A stretch of 63,856 nt of DNA, filler included, from Limisphaerales bacterium (GTDB taxonomy: Bacteria; Verrucomicrobiota; Verrucomicrobiia; Limisphaerales; SIBE01), in assembly GCA_044225505.1 (NCBI GenBank). It is 3 parts of 3 records of this genome, joined end to end, with 100 filler letters (N's around TTAATTAATTAA, not from the genome) between each part and the next. Parts side by side here need not be neighbours in the genome. Positions count along the whole stretch, not along the records: positions 22,983 to 45,812 come from JBGAIN010000140.1; 2 more parts are not named here. The stretch is one strand, 5' to 3'. The position numbers were made by a program, and so were the translations under genes. The notes under the pieces were generated by a model. That model had not been told where the DNA came from. It ran no database searches and saw only the letters and a program-made list of their open reading frames with translations. Below, one piece after another: positions 27,294 through 38,779 of the stretch (positions are counted from its first letter, which is position 1; each line of letters opens with the position of its first letter).

Positions 27294-27322
27294 TTGTCAG
27301 GGGGAAAACAGACCGCTAGAGT
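27294..27322 (+). promoter_or_regulatory. Putative sigma70 promoter
   Basis: TTGTCA-N17-TAGAGT, 24 nt upstream of the ATG at 27347. Confidence 0.5.
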
Positions 27323-27346
27323 AGAGTAACGATCAGTTCTAACACT

Positions 27347-28369
27347 ATGAAACTTGGATTATTGACGGCCTTGAGCTGTTTCGGGTTGGTATGGGGAGCG
27401 CTCGGGGCGGAGGAAGCACCCAAAGACGCGGCCAAACCTGCGGCCGGCAAACCCAAAATCAAGTTTGATCAGACGGTTTTTGACTTTGGCAAAACCTCGC
27501 AAGTGGATCGTGTGTCTGGCACGTTTACGTTCCAGAATGTCGGCGATGCCGTGCTCAAACTAGGTAAACCGACCACGAGTTGCGGTTGCACCGTGGCGGG
27601 AGTCAAGCCTGACACCTTGCAGCCTGGCGAGAAGGGCGAATTGAACTTCACGTTGAACCTGGGCCGGAGCCGCGCGGTGATTCAGAAGAATATTGCGGTC
27701 GACTCGAATGATCCAGAAACGCCGAAAGTGACCCTGACCGTTAAAGCGGACTACACGCCGCTCTATCAGATTTCTCCTGTCAGCTACTATTTCAACCTGC
27801 GCAAAGGCGAGACCACCAACGTGACGGCGTTGGTGACGCGGACCGACGGCAAACCGATCACCGTTGCAAAAATGAAGCCGTCACAGTCATGGATCCAAGC
27901 AAAGGTTGAACCGGAACCTAATTCGACCAACCAGGCGTTGCGCATTCGCGCCACTTTGACTCCCGACGGTAGCCCACGGTATTTCACCGAGATGCTCAAT
28001 GTGTTCATCGATGAAACCGAACAGCCTGCGTTCGCCGTAACGTTTACCGGCCGGCTGCTCGGCGACCTCACTTTAACTCCGGAAAGCCTCTATTGGCCAA
28101 TTACCGACCCCGCGAAAGCGTTAACGTCGCGTCACATCACGCTGCGGTCCTCGCTAGCGGACAAATTAGAAGTCAAGAATCTGACCAGCAGCCTCAAAGA
28201 GTTGACGGTGGAAGCCGTGCCAAAAGAAGATGGTAAGACGCTCGATTTGGTGGCGAAGCTGGCAACCATCCCTGACAAGACGACCAATGGCGTGATTCGT
28301 TTCGAAACCAATATTCCGAGTCAGCCGAAAGTGGAAGTGCCAGTCTGGATCAATATTGTTAAGCGTTAG
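27347..28369 (+). CDS. Secreted DUF1573 domain protein (tandem Ig-like domains)
   Basis: Signal peptide; FDFG...F.FQNVGD..L.....TSCGCT...L.PGE...V.SNDP. Confidence 0.88.
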   Translation: MKLGLLTALSCFGLVWGALGAEEAPKDAAKPAAGKPKIKFDQTVFDFGKTSQVDRVSGTFTFQNVGDAVLKLGKPTTSCGCTVAGVKPDTLQPGEKGELNFTLNLGRSRAVIQKNIAVDSNDPETPKVTLTVKADYTPLYQISPVSYYFNLRKGETTNVTALVTRTDGKPITVAKMKPSQSWIQAKVEPEPNSTNQALRIRATLTPDGSPRYFTEMLNVFIDETEQPAFAVTFTGRLLGDLTLTPESLYWPITDPAKALTSRHITLRSSLADKLEVKNLTSSLKELTVEAVPKEDGKTLDLVAKLATIPDKTTNGVIRFETNIPSQPKVEVPVWINIVKR

Positions 28370-28381
28370 GGCATTCACTCG

Positions 28382-28846
28382 ATGCTCCGGTTAGTCCAGC
28401 GGATTTGCCTGATCATCGTCGTGGGCGCTGGACTCGGATTGATCGCCAACGCGATTTCGCCGAAGCGCATCTCCCTGATCACTCCTCCGAAGAAGGTCGC
28501 GAAAGCGGAGGAGTTCGTTCCGTTGGAAAAGGCTCACGAGCTTTGGGGCGGCGGCAACTCCTTCTTTCTCGACGCTCGTAAACCCGCGGACTATGAAGCG
28601 GGACACATTGCCAACGCACTCAATCTCCCGGTTGAGGAGTTTGGCGAGGTGTTTCCCAAACTGGCGCCAATGCTCACTCCCGAAAGCTCATTGGTAGTTT
28701 ACTGTGATGGGACCGAGTGCGAGTTGAGCCATCATTTGGCGGATCAGCTTCGTCAGCAGGGATATACCAACGTGCACATGCTTTTCAATGGCTGGACCGC
28801 GTGGCGTGGAGCGGGGTTTGCCACGGAAACAGGGCCCGGACGATGA
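28382..28846 (+). CDS. Membrane-anchored rhodanese-like domain protein
   Basis: N-terminal TM; FLDAR...YEAGHI.NA.NLP, VVYCDGTEC and GW.AW motifs. Confidence 0.9.
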   Translation: MLRLVQRICLIIVVGAGLGLIANAISPKRISLITPPKKVAKAEEFVPLEKAHELWGGGNSFFLDARKPADYEAGHIANALNLPVEEFGEVFPKLAPMLTPESSLVVYCDGTECELSHHLADQLRQQGYTNVHMLFNGWTAWRGAGFATETGPGR

Positions 28847-29312
28847 GTCCTGCCCGCCGCCAGATCCAGGATTGGGTTGCGTCCAGGATTGGGTTGCGCT
28901 AGGCGTTCGCATCTTTCTGGGGGGGTTCTATATCGTGGCAGGAGCTGTCAAGATTCCTGACCCTGGCAAGTTCGCCGAAGCGGTAGCCAATTATCGGATA
29001 CTTCCCCATGAAATGCTGAATTTGGTCGCCATCACATTGCCATGGATTGAAGTAACCGCGGGGGTGCTTCTGGTGTTAGGTATATGGTTTCGGGCGAGCG
29101 CCTGGTTGATCAATGTCATGACGATCGTTTTTATCGTCGCGATCGGCTCGGCGGTGGCACGCGGCCTCAATATTGAATGTGGCTGCTTCGGAACGGTCGG
29201 AGGGCGAGAGGTGGGGATTAACGCCATCTTAGAAGACTTGGGGCTGTTGGCAGCAGGCATTTGGTTGCTCTGGAAACGGAAAGGAAAAGAAAGTGAGCTT
29301 TTGGCAGCTTGA
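28843..29312 (+). pseudogene. MauE/DoxX family membrane protein, frameshifted by a 17-bp tandem duplication
   Basis: R..LG...AG..KI.DP..F, LPWIE and RGLNIECGCFG motifs. The ATG at 28843 is coupled to the rhodanese stop, and removing one repeat unit restores the frame. Confidence 0.8.
28865..28898 (+). repeat. Perfect 17-bp tandem duplication
   Basis: TCCAGGATTGGGTTGCG at 28865-28881 and again at 28882-28898. Confidence 0.97.
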
Positions 29313-30555
29313 CGGGTTCCGCGCGTGCGCGGCGCTTGGGTTTCTCATCTTTCGGACCGCGACTTGCTTTGGACAGGGCGTTGCCGACGCACCGCCTCCA
29401 ACGCGTGCGATTGCGACGGCGGACGTTGTTTCGTTCGATGCAGCCAAGATTGCCGCCATGACGACCGCCATTGAGGAAACCATCACGGCCCGCCAAATGC
29501 CAGGAGCTGTCCTTTGGTTGGAACACCGCAACCAGGAATACCATCGGGCCTTCGGTAAACGGGCATTGATTCCTGAAAAAGAAGAAATGACCGAAGACAC
29601 CATCTTCGACGCAGCATCGATGACGAAGGTTTTGGCCACGGCACCGTCGGTCATGCTGTTGTGGGAGCGTGGCTTGCTGCGCCTGGACGAGCCCGTTGGC
29701 ACGTACATCCCTGAGTTTCGATCCCGCGGCAAGGAGTCGATCACGGTTCGGCATTTGCTGACGCACACATCCGGACTGCACCCGGGGCTTGGGCGGAACC
29801 CGGACTGGTCTGGATACGAGACGGCCATCCGGATGGCCTGTGACGAAAAGCCGACCCATAGCGCGGGCACTCTGTTTCGTTATAGCGATATCAATTTCAT
29901 CGTTCTGGGCGAACTTGTGCAACGCGTTTCCAAGCGTAAATTGAACGAATTTGCCGAGCGGGAAATCTTCGAGCCCTTAAAGATGTCTGACACGGGATAC
30001 CTCCCCCCATTGTCTAAGGGGGAACGGATTGCACCGACGGAACGAGTGGACGGGATCGTTTTACGGGGTAAAGTGCATGATCCGACTGCCCTGCGGATGG
30101 GTGGCGTTGCTGGGCATGCGGGAGTGTTCACGACAACGGCAGATGTCGCACGATTTGCGAGAATGGTATTGAACAAAGGGCGGCTCGATGGTGTCCAGGT
30201 CTTGAAACCGGAGACGATTCAGATGATGACGACAGTGCAGTCCCCCACCGAGGTCTCGGCGCGGCGCGGATTAGGTTGGGACATTGATTCGGATTATAGC
30301 CGCCCGCGAGGCGACCTCTTTCCGATCGGTTCCTTTGGTCATACGGGATTTACCGGGGTTTGTCTGTGGATTGACCCTTTTTCCAAGTCGTTTTGGATGT
30401 TGTTTGCGAATCGTGTGCATCCGGACCGATCGGGCAATATCCTACCGCTGCAGCGGAAACTCGCGACACTAGCCGCTGAGTCCATTGTTGATTTCGATTT
30501 TCATGACGTGCCTGGCGCCTTGCGTCCGCAGACCAATTCGCCTTCAAAGCTCTAA
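29293..30555 (+). CDS. Serine hydrolase, beta-lactamase (AmpC/AmiE-like) family
   Basis: FDAASMTK (SxxK), LLTHTSGL, YSD, VHDP.A...GGVAGHAG and FGHTGFTG; signal-like N-terminus; exact start uncertain. Confidence 0.92.
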   Translation: MSFWQLDGFRACAALGFLIFRTATCFGQGVADAPPPTRAIATADVVSFDAAKIAAMTTAIEETITARQMPGAVLWLEHRNQEYHRAFGKRALIPEKEEMTEDTIFDAASMTKVLATAPSVMLLWERGLLRLDEPVGTYIPEFRSRGKESITVRHLLTHTSGLHPGLGRNPDWSGYETAIRMACDEKPTHSAGTLFRYSDINFIVLGELVQRVSKRKLNEFAEREIFEPLKMSDTGYLPPLSKGERIAPTERVDGIVLRGKVHDPTALRMGGVAGHAGVFTTTADVARFARMVLNKGRLDGVQVLKPETIQMMTTVQSPTEVSARRGLGWDIDSDYSRPRGDLFPIGSFGHTGFTGVCLWIDPFSKSFWMLFANRVHPDRSGNILPLQRKLATLAAESIVDFDFHDVPGALRPQTNSPSKL

Positions 30556-30608
30556 ACCCCAGCGACGATTCTGTTGCGACCTGCCTGCACGAACCCCGAT
30601 TTCCTATC

Positions 30609-31934
30609 ATGAGCTGCGCCAGGATGAGCCGCAATCAAGTGGACGCTCCGACCATGTCTTGGGCCAAGCGATGCCACAGACGTCCCACCTTCAATTTCGC
30701 TTCGGTCCTGTTGAGTGCGTTGGTAGTGTTATGGAGCGGTTGTGATCGGCAACCGACCAGCCCTCCGTTTGAGTCCAGGCCGCGGGAACGTGCCAAGCGT
30801 CTCGGAACTGTCCAAACCGATGTTGAGACAGTTTCCCCTCGGCCCGTGGCGAGTTCAGATCCGCGAGCGGAAGAGCAGGTTGGCGAGGGGTTGCGGTTTC
30901 GGAACGATTGGATTCGCGATGTTCCCTGGTCGGTCAATGTTCTCAAGATTGATCGATCGAGATCGGATTGGCAGTTCACCACCACGCTTGGACGCGGGAG
31001 AACCCTGGGGCTCGGAGCACTGACCGAGCAATTGGAGGCAATACCCTCGGACTTGGGTCAACCGATTGCTGCGATCAACGGAGATTTCTACCGGACCGAG
31101 CATGAACCGTATGCGGGTGATCCGCGCGGCCTTCAAATTATGCGTGGCGAGTTGATCAGTGCACCGATTGGCAAGACGAGCTTTTGGATCGACCTGGAAG
31201 GCAAGCCAATTATTGCAAACGTCGCGCCGCAGATGAAGATCGTTTGGCCGAATGGGGAGTCGATCTCATTCGGTCTTAACGAGGAACGAGATTCCAATGA
31301 AGCCGTGATTTATACAGCACGGGCAGGCGCTTCGACACGAACCGCAGGCGGGCGCGAGATCATCTTGGGGCAGCATGGCGAAGATCCCTGGTTGCCATTG
31401 CGGCCTGATCAGACCTACAGCGCGCAGGTCAAGAGCATTCGCGAGACCGGGAATACACGCCTGGATAACGACGCGGTGATTCTTTCGATTGGGCCGACGC
31501 TCGTCCATCGCGTGCCGCGGGTGAAGGCGGGAGACATCGTCAAAATATCGACGGCGATGTCGCCTTCTTTACAGGGGATACAGACAGCGATTGGGGGAGG
31601 ACCGGTGCTATTGCGCGGCGGCAAAGTGCAGCCCACTTATGTCAATAAAGGAACCGAACGCCACCCACGCAGTGCCGTTGGTTGGAATGATGAATTCTTT
31701 TACTTGGCGGAAGTGGACGGCCGACAACACGGGTTCTCGATGGGGATGACTTTGGCCGAGCTCGCCACTTACCTTGCCAAGCAGGGATGCCAGGAAGCAA
31801 TGAATCTGGACGGTGGCGGTTCCGCTGAGATGTGGCTTAGCGGGCAAATCGTGAACCGTCCGTGTTTTGGGTATGAGCGGAGCACAGGCAACGGGTTGGT
31901 TGTGGTCCGGACTCGTCGGATGGCCGAAAAGTAG
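30609..31934 (+). CDS. Phosphodiester glycosidase (NAGPA/DUF2233) family lipoprotein
   Basis: AINGDFY, GGGP.L, RHPRSAVG, VDGR and AMNLDGGGS; lipobox WSGC; start uncertain. Confidence 0.9.
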   Translation: MSCARMSRNQVDAPTMSWAKRCHRRPTFNFASVLLSALVVLWSGCDRQPTSPPFESRPRERAKRLGTVQTDVETVSPRPVASSDPRAEEQVGEGLRFRNDWIRDVPWSVNVLKIDRSRSDWQFTTTLGRGRTLGLGALTEQLEAIPSDLGQPIAAINGDFYRTEHEPYAGDPRGLQIMRGELISAPIGKTSFWIDLEGKPIIANVAPQMKIVWPNGESISFGLNEERDSNEAVIYTARAGASTRTAGGREIILGQHGEDPWLPLRPDQTYSAQVKSIRETGNTRLDNDAVILSIGPTLVHRVPRVKAGDIVKISTAMSPSLQGIQTAIGGGPVLLRGGKVQPTYVNKGTERHPRSAVGWNDEFFYLAEVDGRQHGFSMGMTLAELATYLAKQGCQEAMNLDGGGSAEMWLSGQIVNRPCFGYERSTGNGLVVVRTRRMAEK

Positions 31935-31979
31935 TTCTGCCCGGGCGGCCAACGCTGCTTGGAATCGATCCAATTTGCT

Positions 31980-33131
31980 ATGAGAATGAAAACAATGCTC
32001 GACCTGTTCCGTCGTCGGCGCGGTCGTGTTCTCTTACTGAGTGTGAGCCTGCTTTCGGGGATCGTCGGTATGGGCGCAAGCGAATCCGGGAAACCGGCGC
32101 GAGGACTTACCTACCACCACGAAGAGGTGCCGGAGGGACCTTGGTCCGTGCACATCGTTAAGGTCGACCGAGCGAACCCCGAATTTGAAATTCATTCGGC
32201 CTTGGCTCGTGGCAGTAACTTCGGCTTGGCCACGCTGAGCGAGCAGATTCGAGCTATTCCCCGGGAGCTGGGCCGCCCAGTGGCAGGGGTCAACGGCGAC
32301 TTCTTCCGCCGCCAGGAACCGTACTTGGGAGATCCGAAAGGCCTGCAAATCGTCAGGGGCGAGTTAGTGAGTGCTCCCTGTGACTGGAGTTGCTTCTGGA
32401 TTGACGCGCAAGGGGATCCGCACATGACGAACGTCACGCCGAGATTCCACGTCGTTTGGCCCACGGGCGAATCCACTGTCTTCGGACTTAACGAAGAGCG
32501 ACCAAAAGGTGCGGCCGTCCTGTTCACATCGGCGGTGGGAAGCACGACCCAGACAAGGGGAGGGCGCGAGTTAATTCTCGAACGGAACGGGACGAATTCC
32601 TGGCTTCCTTTGCGCGCCGGCGTCAACTACTCCGCTAAAGTCCGTGAGATCCGCAATGGAGGAGGGAGTCCAATTCTCAGAGACACGTTAGTCTTGTCCC
32701 TCGGGCCGCAACTCGCCCAACGGTTGCCCACAGTAACTCCCGGGACGATTCTCCAGGTCTCGACCGCCACTTGGCCCGATTTGCGCGGCTGTATGACCGC
32801 GATTGGAGGTGGTCCAGCCATGGTGCGGGATGGAAAAGTCATGGAGCGAGTGGACGCTCGTGTTCGCCACCCCCGCGCGGCGGTGGGATGGAACAAGGAT
32901 TCGATATTTCTGGTCGAAGTCGACGGTCGTCAGCGCGGACTTTCCGTAGGGATGACTATTGAGGAACTGGCAACTTATATGGTTCGAATCGGTTGTACAG
33001 ACGCTCTCAATCTCGATGGCGGCGGGTCCGCGACTTGCTGGGTATACGGCCAGATCATGAATAGTCCCTCCGAGGGCGAGGAGCGAGGAATGGGTAATTC
33101 ACTCCTCGTCATCCAGAAAGAGAAGAAGTAA
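31980..33131 (+). CDS. Phosphodiester glycosidase (NAGPA/DUF2233) family protein, paralogue
   Basis: GVNGDFF, RHPRAAVG, VDGR and ALNLDGGGS; signal peptide. Confidence 0.9.
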   Translation: MRMKTMLDLFRRRRGRVLLLSVSLLSGIVGMGASESGKPARGLTYHHEEVPEGPWSVHIVKVDRANPEFEIHSALARGSNFGLATLSEQIRAIPRELGRPVAGVNGDFFRRQEPYLGDPKGLQIVRGELVSAPCDWSCFWIDAQGDPHMTNVTPRFHVVWPTGESTVFGLNEERPKGAAVLFTSAVGSTTQTRGGRELILERNGTNSWLPLRAGVNYSAKVREIRNGGGSPILRDTLVLSLGPQLAQRLPTVTPGTILQVSTATWPDLRGCMTAIGGGPAMVRDGKVMERVDARVRHPRAAVGWNKDSIFLVEVDGRQRGLSVGMTIEELATYMVRIGCTDALNLDGGGSATCWVYGQIMNSPSEGEERGMGNSLLVIQKEKK

Positions 33132-33475
33132 GCCTTGTTTTGAAGTGTGGCTCCGAGTGAGACAATGGCCACGGGATCTTCACTGGCACACCGCCATTCG
33201 TTGGCGACGCGTTGCGAGCCATCCGACGGCGCGGGTTACCGGACCTTAGGACGGCTCCTCGCTGCTTTCAGGGAAGTAGAAGCTGTCCCCTCCGTGCTGG
33301 GAAAGGCGTTCGGCGTTCCGACAGGGACATAGTAATCTTGGCTCTGGAAGTGCCGGGAAGCCGCGCGGAGATTTCAAAGTCCCGAAGGGATGGTTGGACC
33401 TCTGCGACTGCTTTGATGGTATAAAGACCAGTTTGAAGAGCTCCGCGGCAAAGGATACTAATCGATCTGCGCGGA

Positions 33476-35794
33476 CTAGGCCATCCCCTTGACGCGGCGG
33501 ACTGCCCATTCCGCCGTCAAGAGAGCAAGGATAGCAGCTAACCACCATGATCGATCCCAAAGTGGATTGCGGCGAAACTCGACGGTGACTGGAGGAGCGT
33601 TGTAGAAGAATGCACGCACCGGTGCCGGGTCGGAATCATTCACCGAAAGGCTTTGCCCCCCGGAGAGTTTTGCAATGTTCTGCATCAAGCCGGTTCGTGC
33701 TCGGAGATCCTTCATTTCGCGATCGACGCCCTCGCAGACGAGCAGTTGGCGGTCGTCTCCCATGGCCCGTCCCCGAACCGTCGCGACGGCCGTGACGGTG
33801 AACTCGCCCGCCTCAGGTAGACTAAACTCCGCTGTGTACGATCGAGAAGCGCTGTCGAACGCTGGCTTGGCGACCGTATTCGTGATGCCGCCAGAAGCCA
33901 CGAGCACGATGACTTCGGCCATAGGGATTTCCTTCAACGCACGATCCCGCACCTTGATGGTTGCGGCAACCTTCTCATTCGGGGCGCAGTAACTCTGGGC
34001 GAGTTCGAGCGTCACGGCACTGTTGGTTCGGCTCATTCGACCGGCCGCAAGCCAGCGCACGGCATTGACCCAGAACTGCCGGTAGTACCGGGAGTCACAG
34101 TTCTCTTCAGTGAGGGGTTGAGACGGATTGATCTTTTCTCCCCACAACGTCTCAAAGTCCTTGCCCCAGGTTCGGGTAGTGTCCGAGGTGAATGCCATGG
34201 TTCGTCCCTGCCCGATACTTTGCACCGCGAGCACCAGGCGCGAGCCTCCGACCGTGGTGGAGCTTGGGTCATCCGCCAGGACGGTGGCACCTGGCTTGGC
34301 TCGATCTACCAGGTTGTAGCCGTAGAGAAGAGGCAAGCGTCGGTTCCAAATGAATTCGGTTTGCTGGCGATTCGCTCCGAGCGCGATGACGGGATGGTCC
34401 CAACTGGTCGCGGGAATGTGAAGTTGGAAAGGGCGCGCTTGGGAATCGTTCTCCTGCCGCATGGCTACTGGGATAATTCGATCGAGAATTGTCTTATGAT
34501 AACCACCTTTTCCAAAGGCGGAGTTTCCTCCGATCATGACAAACCCTCCGCCGAACTCCTCGACCAGCCGTTGAATGTTGCGGAGTTCTTCACCAGTAAA
34601 CGATTCCTTTCGGATGTCGCTGTGGATGACGACGTCGTATTCCAGCAGGGCGTTCAGTGTTTGTGGAAAGCCTCTTGTCGGATGCTCCACCGGGTAGATT
34701 TTCTCGCCGGTTTCTGGATCCGTATCGACAGTGTGCAGGCGTTTCCCGGTGGCGCCAAACTCGCGGTAGAGCGTCTTCACTTTGATGTTCGGATCTGACT
34801 CCAAAGCGCTTTTGAGATACTTCCATTCTGGGAGGGTGCTGTTGGGCTGTTGCGGAGTTCCCTCCATGTAGAGGACGCGAATTGTCGGGTCGATCACTTC
34901 CAGTCCGAAGGCGCGTCGATTGTTCGTCGTGAGCCACTCTTCTTTTTGCTGCGGCACACGGACTTCGTAGACCTGGAAACCCTTCTGGCGTGGGGTAAAC
35001 TCGAGGTCGTAGCGCTGGCTTTCCTTCCCGAGTTGGATTTCCTTCATGGCCACCATTTCTGTTCCGTGAAAGATTTGTAGCGGGACAGTTTGTTGCTCAA
35101 AGCCAGGCGCGCGAACGGTGACCGTCACTTTGGTCGGGGCCTGATTGGGAACCGCGCGGCGGACTTGCGCGTTTTCGACGACGATATCGCGCGTGTCGTT
35201 GGTTGTGCCCACGGTCAATGTGTGGATCGGAATGCCCTTGCGGCGATAGAGGCGGGCAACTCCTTCAACATCTTTCCGCAAGTTTTCAATGCCGTCTGAA
35301 CAAAGCAAGACTCCGGTCAATGGCTCGTCTCCGGGTTGCGCGAGGACTTCGTCCAGGGCGTTAGCCAGTCCGGTCGACTCGCCATCGGCCGCCGCTCGGT
35401 CCATTGAGCCTAAAGGCACAACGGAATTGCTGAACGAGTAATACTGCACGGAGAATTCTGGCGGGACCGCTGGGGTCACGTGCGTTTGTAGCCAGGTTTT
35501 GGCTGCAGACAATCGTTCTCCAGGAAGATCCTTGATCCCCATGCTCTTCGAGGTATCCAAGAGCACGGCCAAACGAGACTTCTGCTGGTGCTTGACGGAC
35601 TCGACCCATTCCGGATCAACAAGGCAAAGGATCACGGCCCCCACGATGACCCACCGAACCATTCCCAAAATAGCCCGAATGCCACGGCTTGCTCGACCCC
35701 GCGCCCAAAAATAGCTCGCAAAGATGAGCGCAGCTGCGCCGCAGCCGATGGCCGTAATCCAGAGCGTATTCGGGAGGTAACTGTATTCGATCAT
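33476..35794 (-). CDS. Membrane protein with vWA and class I glutamine amidotransferase-like domains
   Basis: N-terminal TMs, LLDTSKSM (MIDAS), CSDG, GGGFVMIGG..AFG.GGY, G.GRTMAF and C-terminal LLTAEW..RR. Confidence 0.85.
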   Translation of the reverse strand: MIEYSYLPNTLWITAIGCGAAALIFASYFWARGRASRGIRAILGMVRWVIVGAVILCLVDPEWVESVKHQQKSRLAVLLDTSKSMGIKDLPGERLSAAKTWLQTHVTPAVPPEFSVQYYSFSNSVVPLGSMDRAAADGESTGLANALDEVLAQPGDEPLTGVLLCSDGIENLRKDVEGVARLYRRKGIPIHTLTVGTTNDTRDIVVENAQVRRAVPNQAPTKVTVTVRAPGFEQQTVPLQIFHGTEMVAMKEIQLGKESQRYDLEFTPRQKGFQVYEVRVPQQKEEWLTTNNRRAFGLEVIDPTIRVLYMEGTPQQPNSTLPEWKYLKSALESDPNIKVKTLYREFGATGKRLHTVDTDPETGEKIYPVEHPTRGFPQTLNALLEYDVVIHSDIRKESFTGEELRNIQRLVEEFGGGFVMIGGNSAFGKGGYHKTILDRIIPVAMRQENDSQARPFQLHIPATSWDHPVIALGANRQQTEFIWNRRLPLLYGYNLVDRAKPGATVLADDPSSTTVGGSRLVLAVQSIGQGRTMAFTSDTTRTWGKDFETLWGEKINPSQPLTEENCDSRYYRQFWVNAVRWLAAGRMSRTNSAVTLELAQSYCAPNEKVAATIKVRDRALKEIPMAEVIVLVASGGITNTVAKPAFDSASRSYTAEFSLPEAGEFTVTAVATVRGRAMGDDRQLLVCEGVDREMKDLRARTGLMQNIAKLSGGQSLSVNDSDPAPVRAFFYNAPPVTVEFRRNPLWDRSWWLAAILALLTAEWAVRRVKGMA

Positions 35795-35808
35795 GCCGAC
35801 CTCTTCGG

Positions 35809-38706
<2,898 letters not shown>

Positions 38707-38779
38707 ATAAATTCCTTTGGCTCTTAAATTGGTCGCTGGAGTTGGGACAGATCGAGGTGGTCAATTATCTCCAGTTCGC

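Noticed and set aside
33265..33400. Cobalamin riboswitch-like AGGGAA...GGGAAAGG
   Set aside because: No B12 box, and it lies between convergent gene ends.
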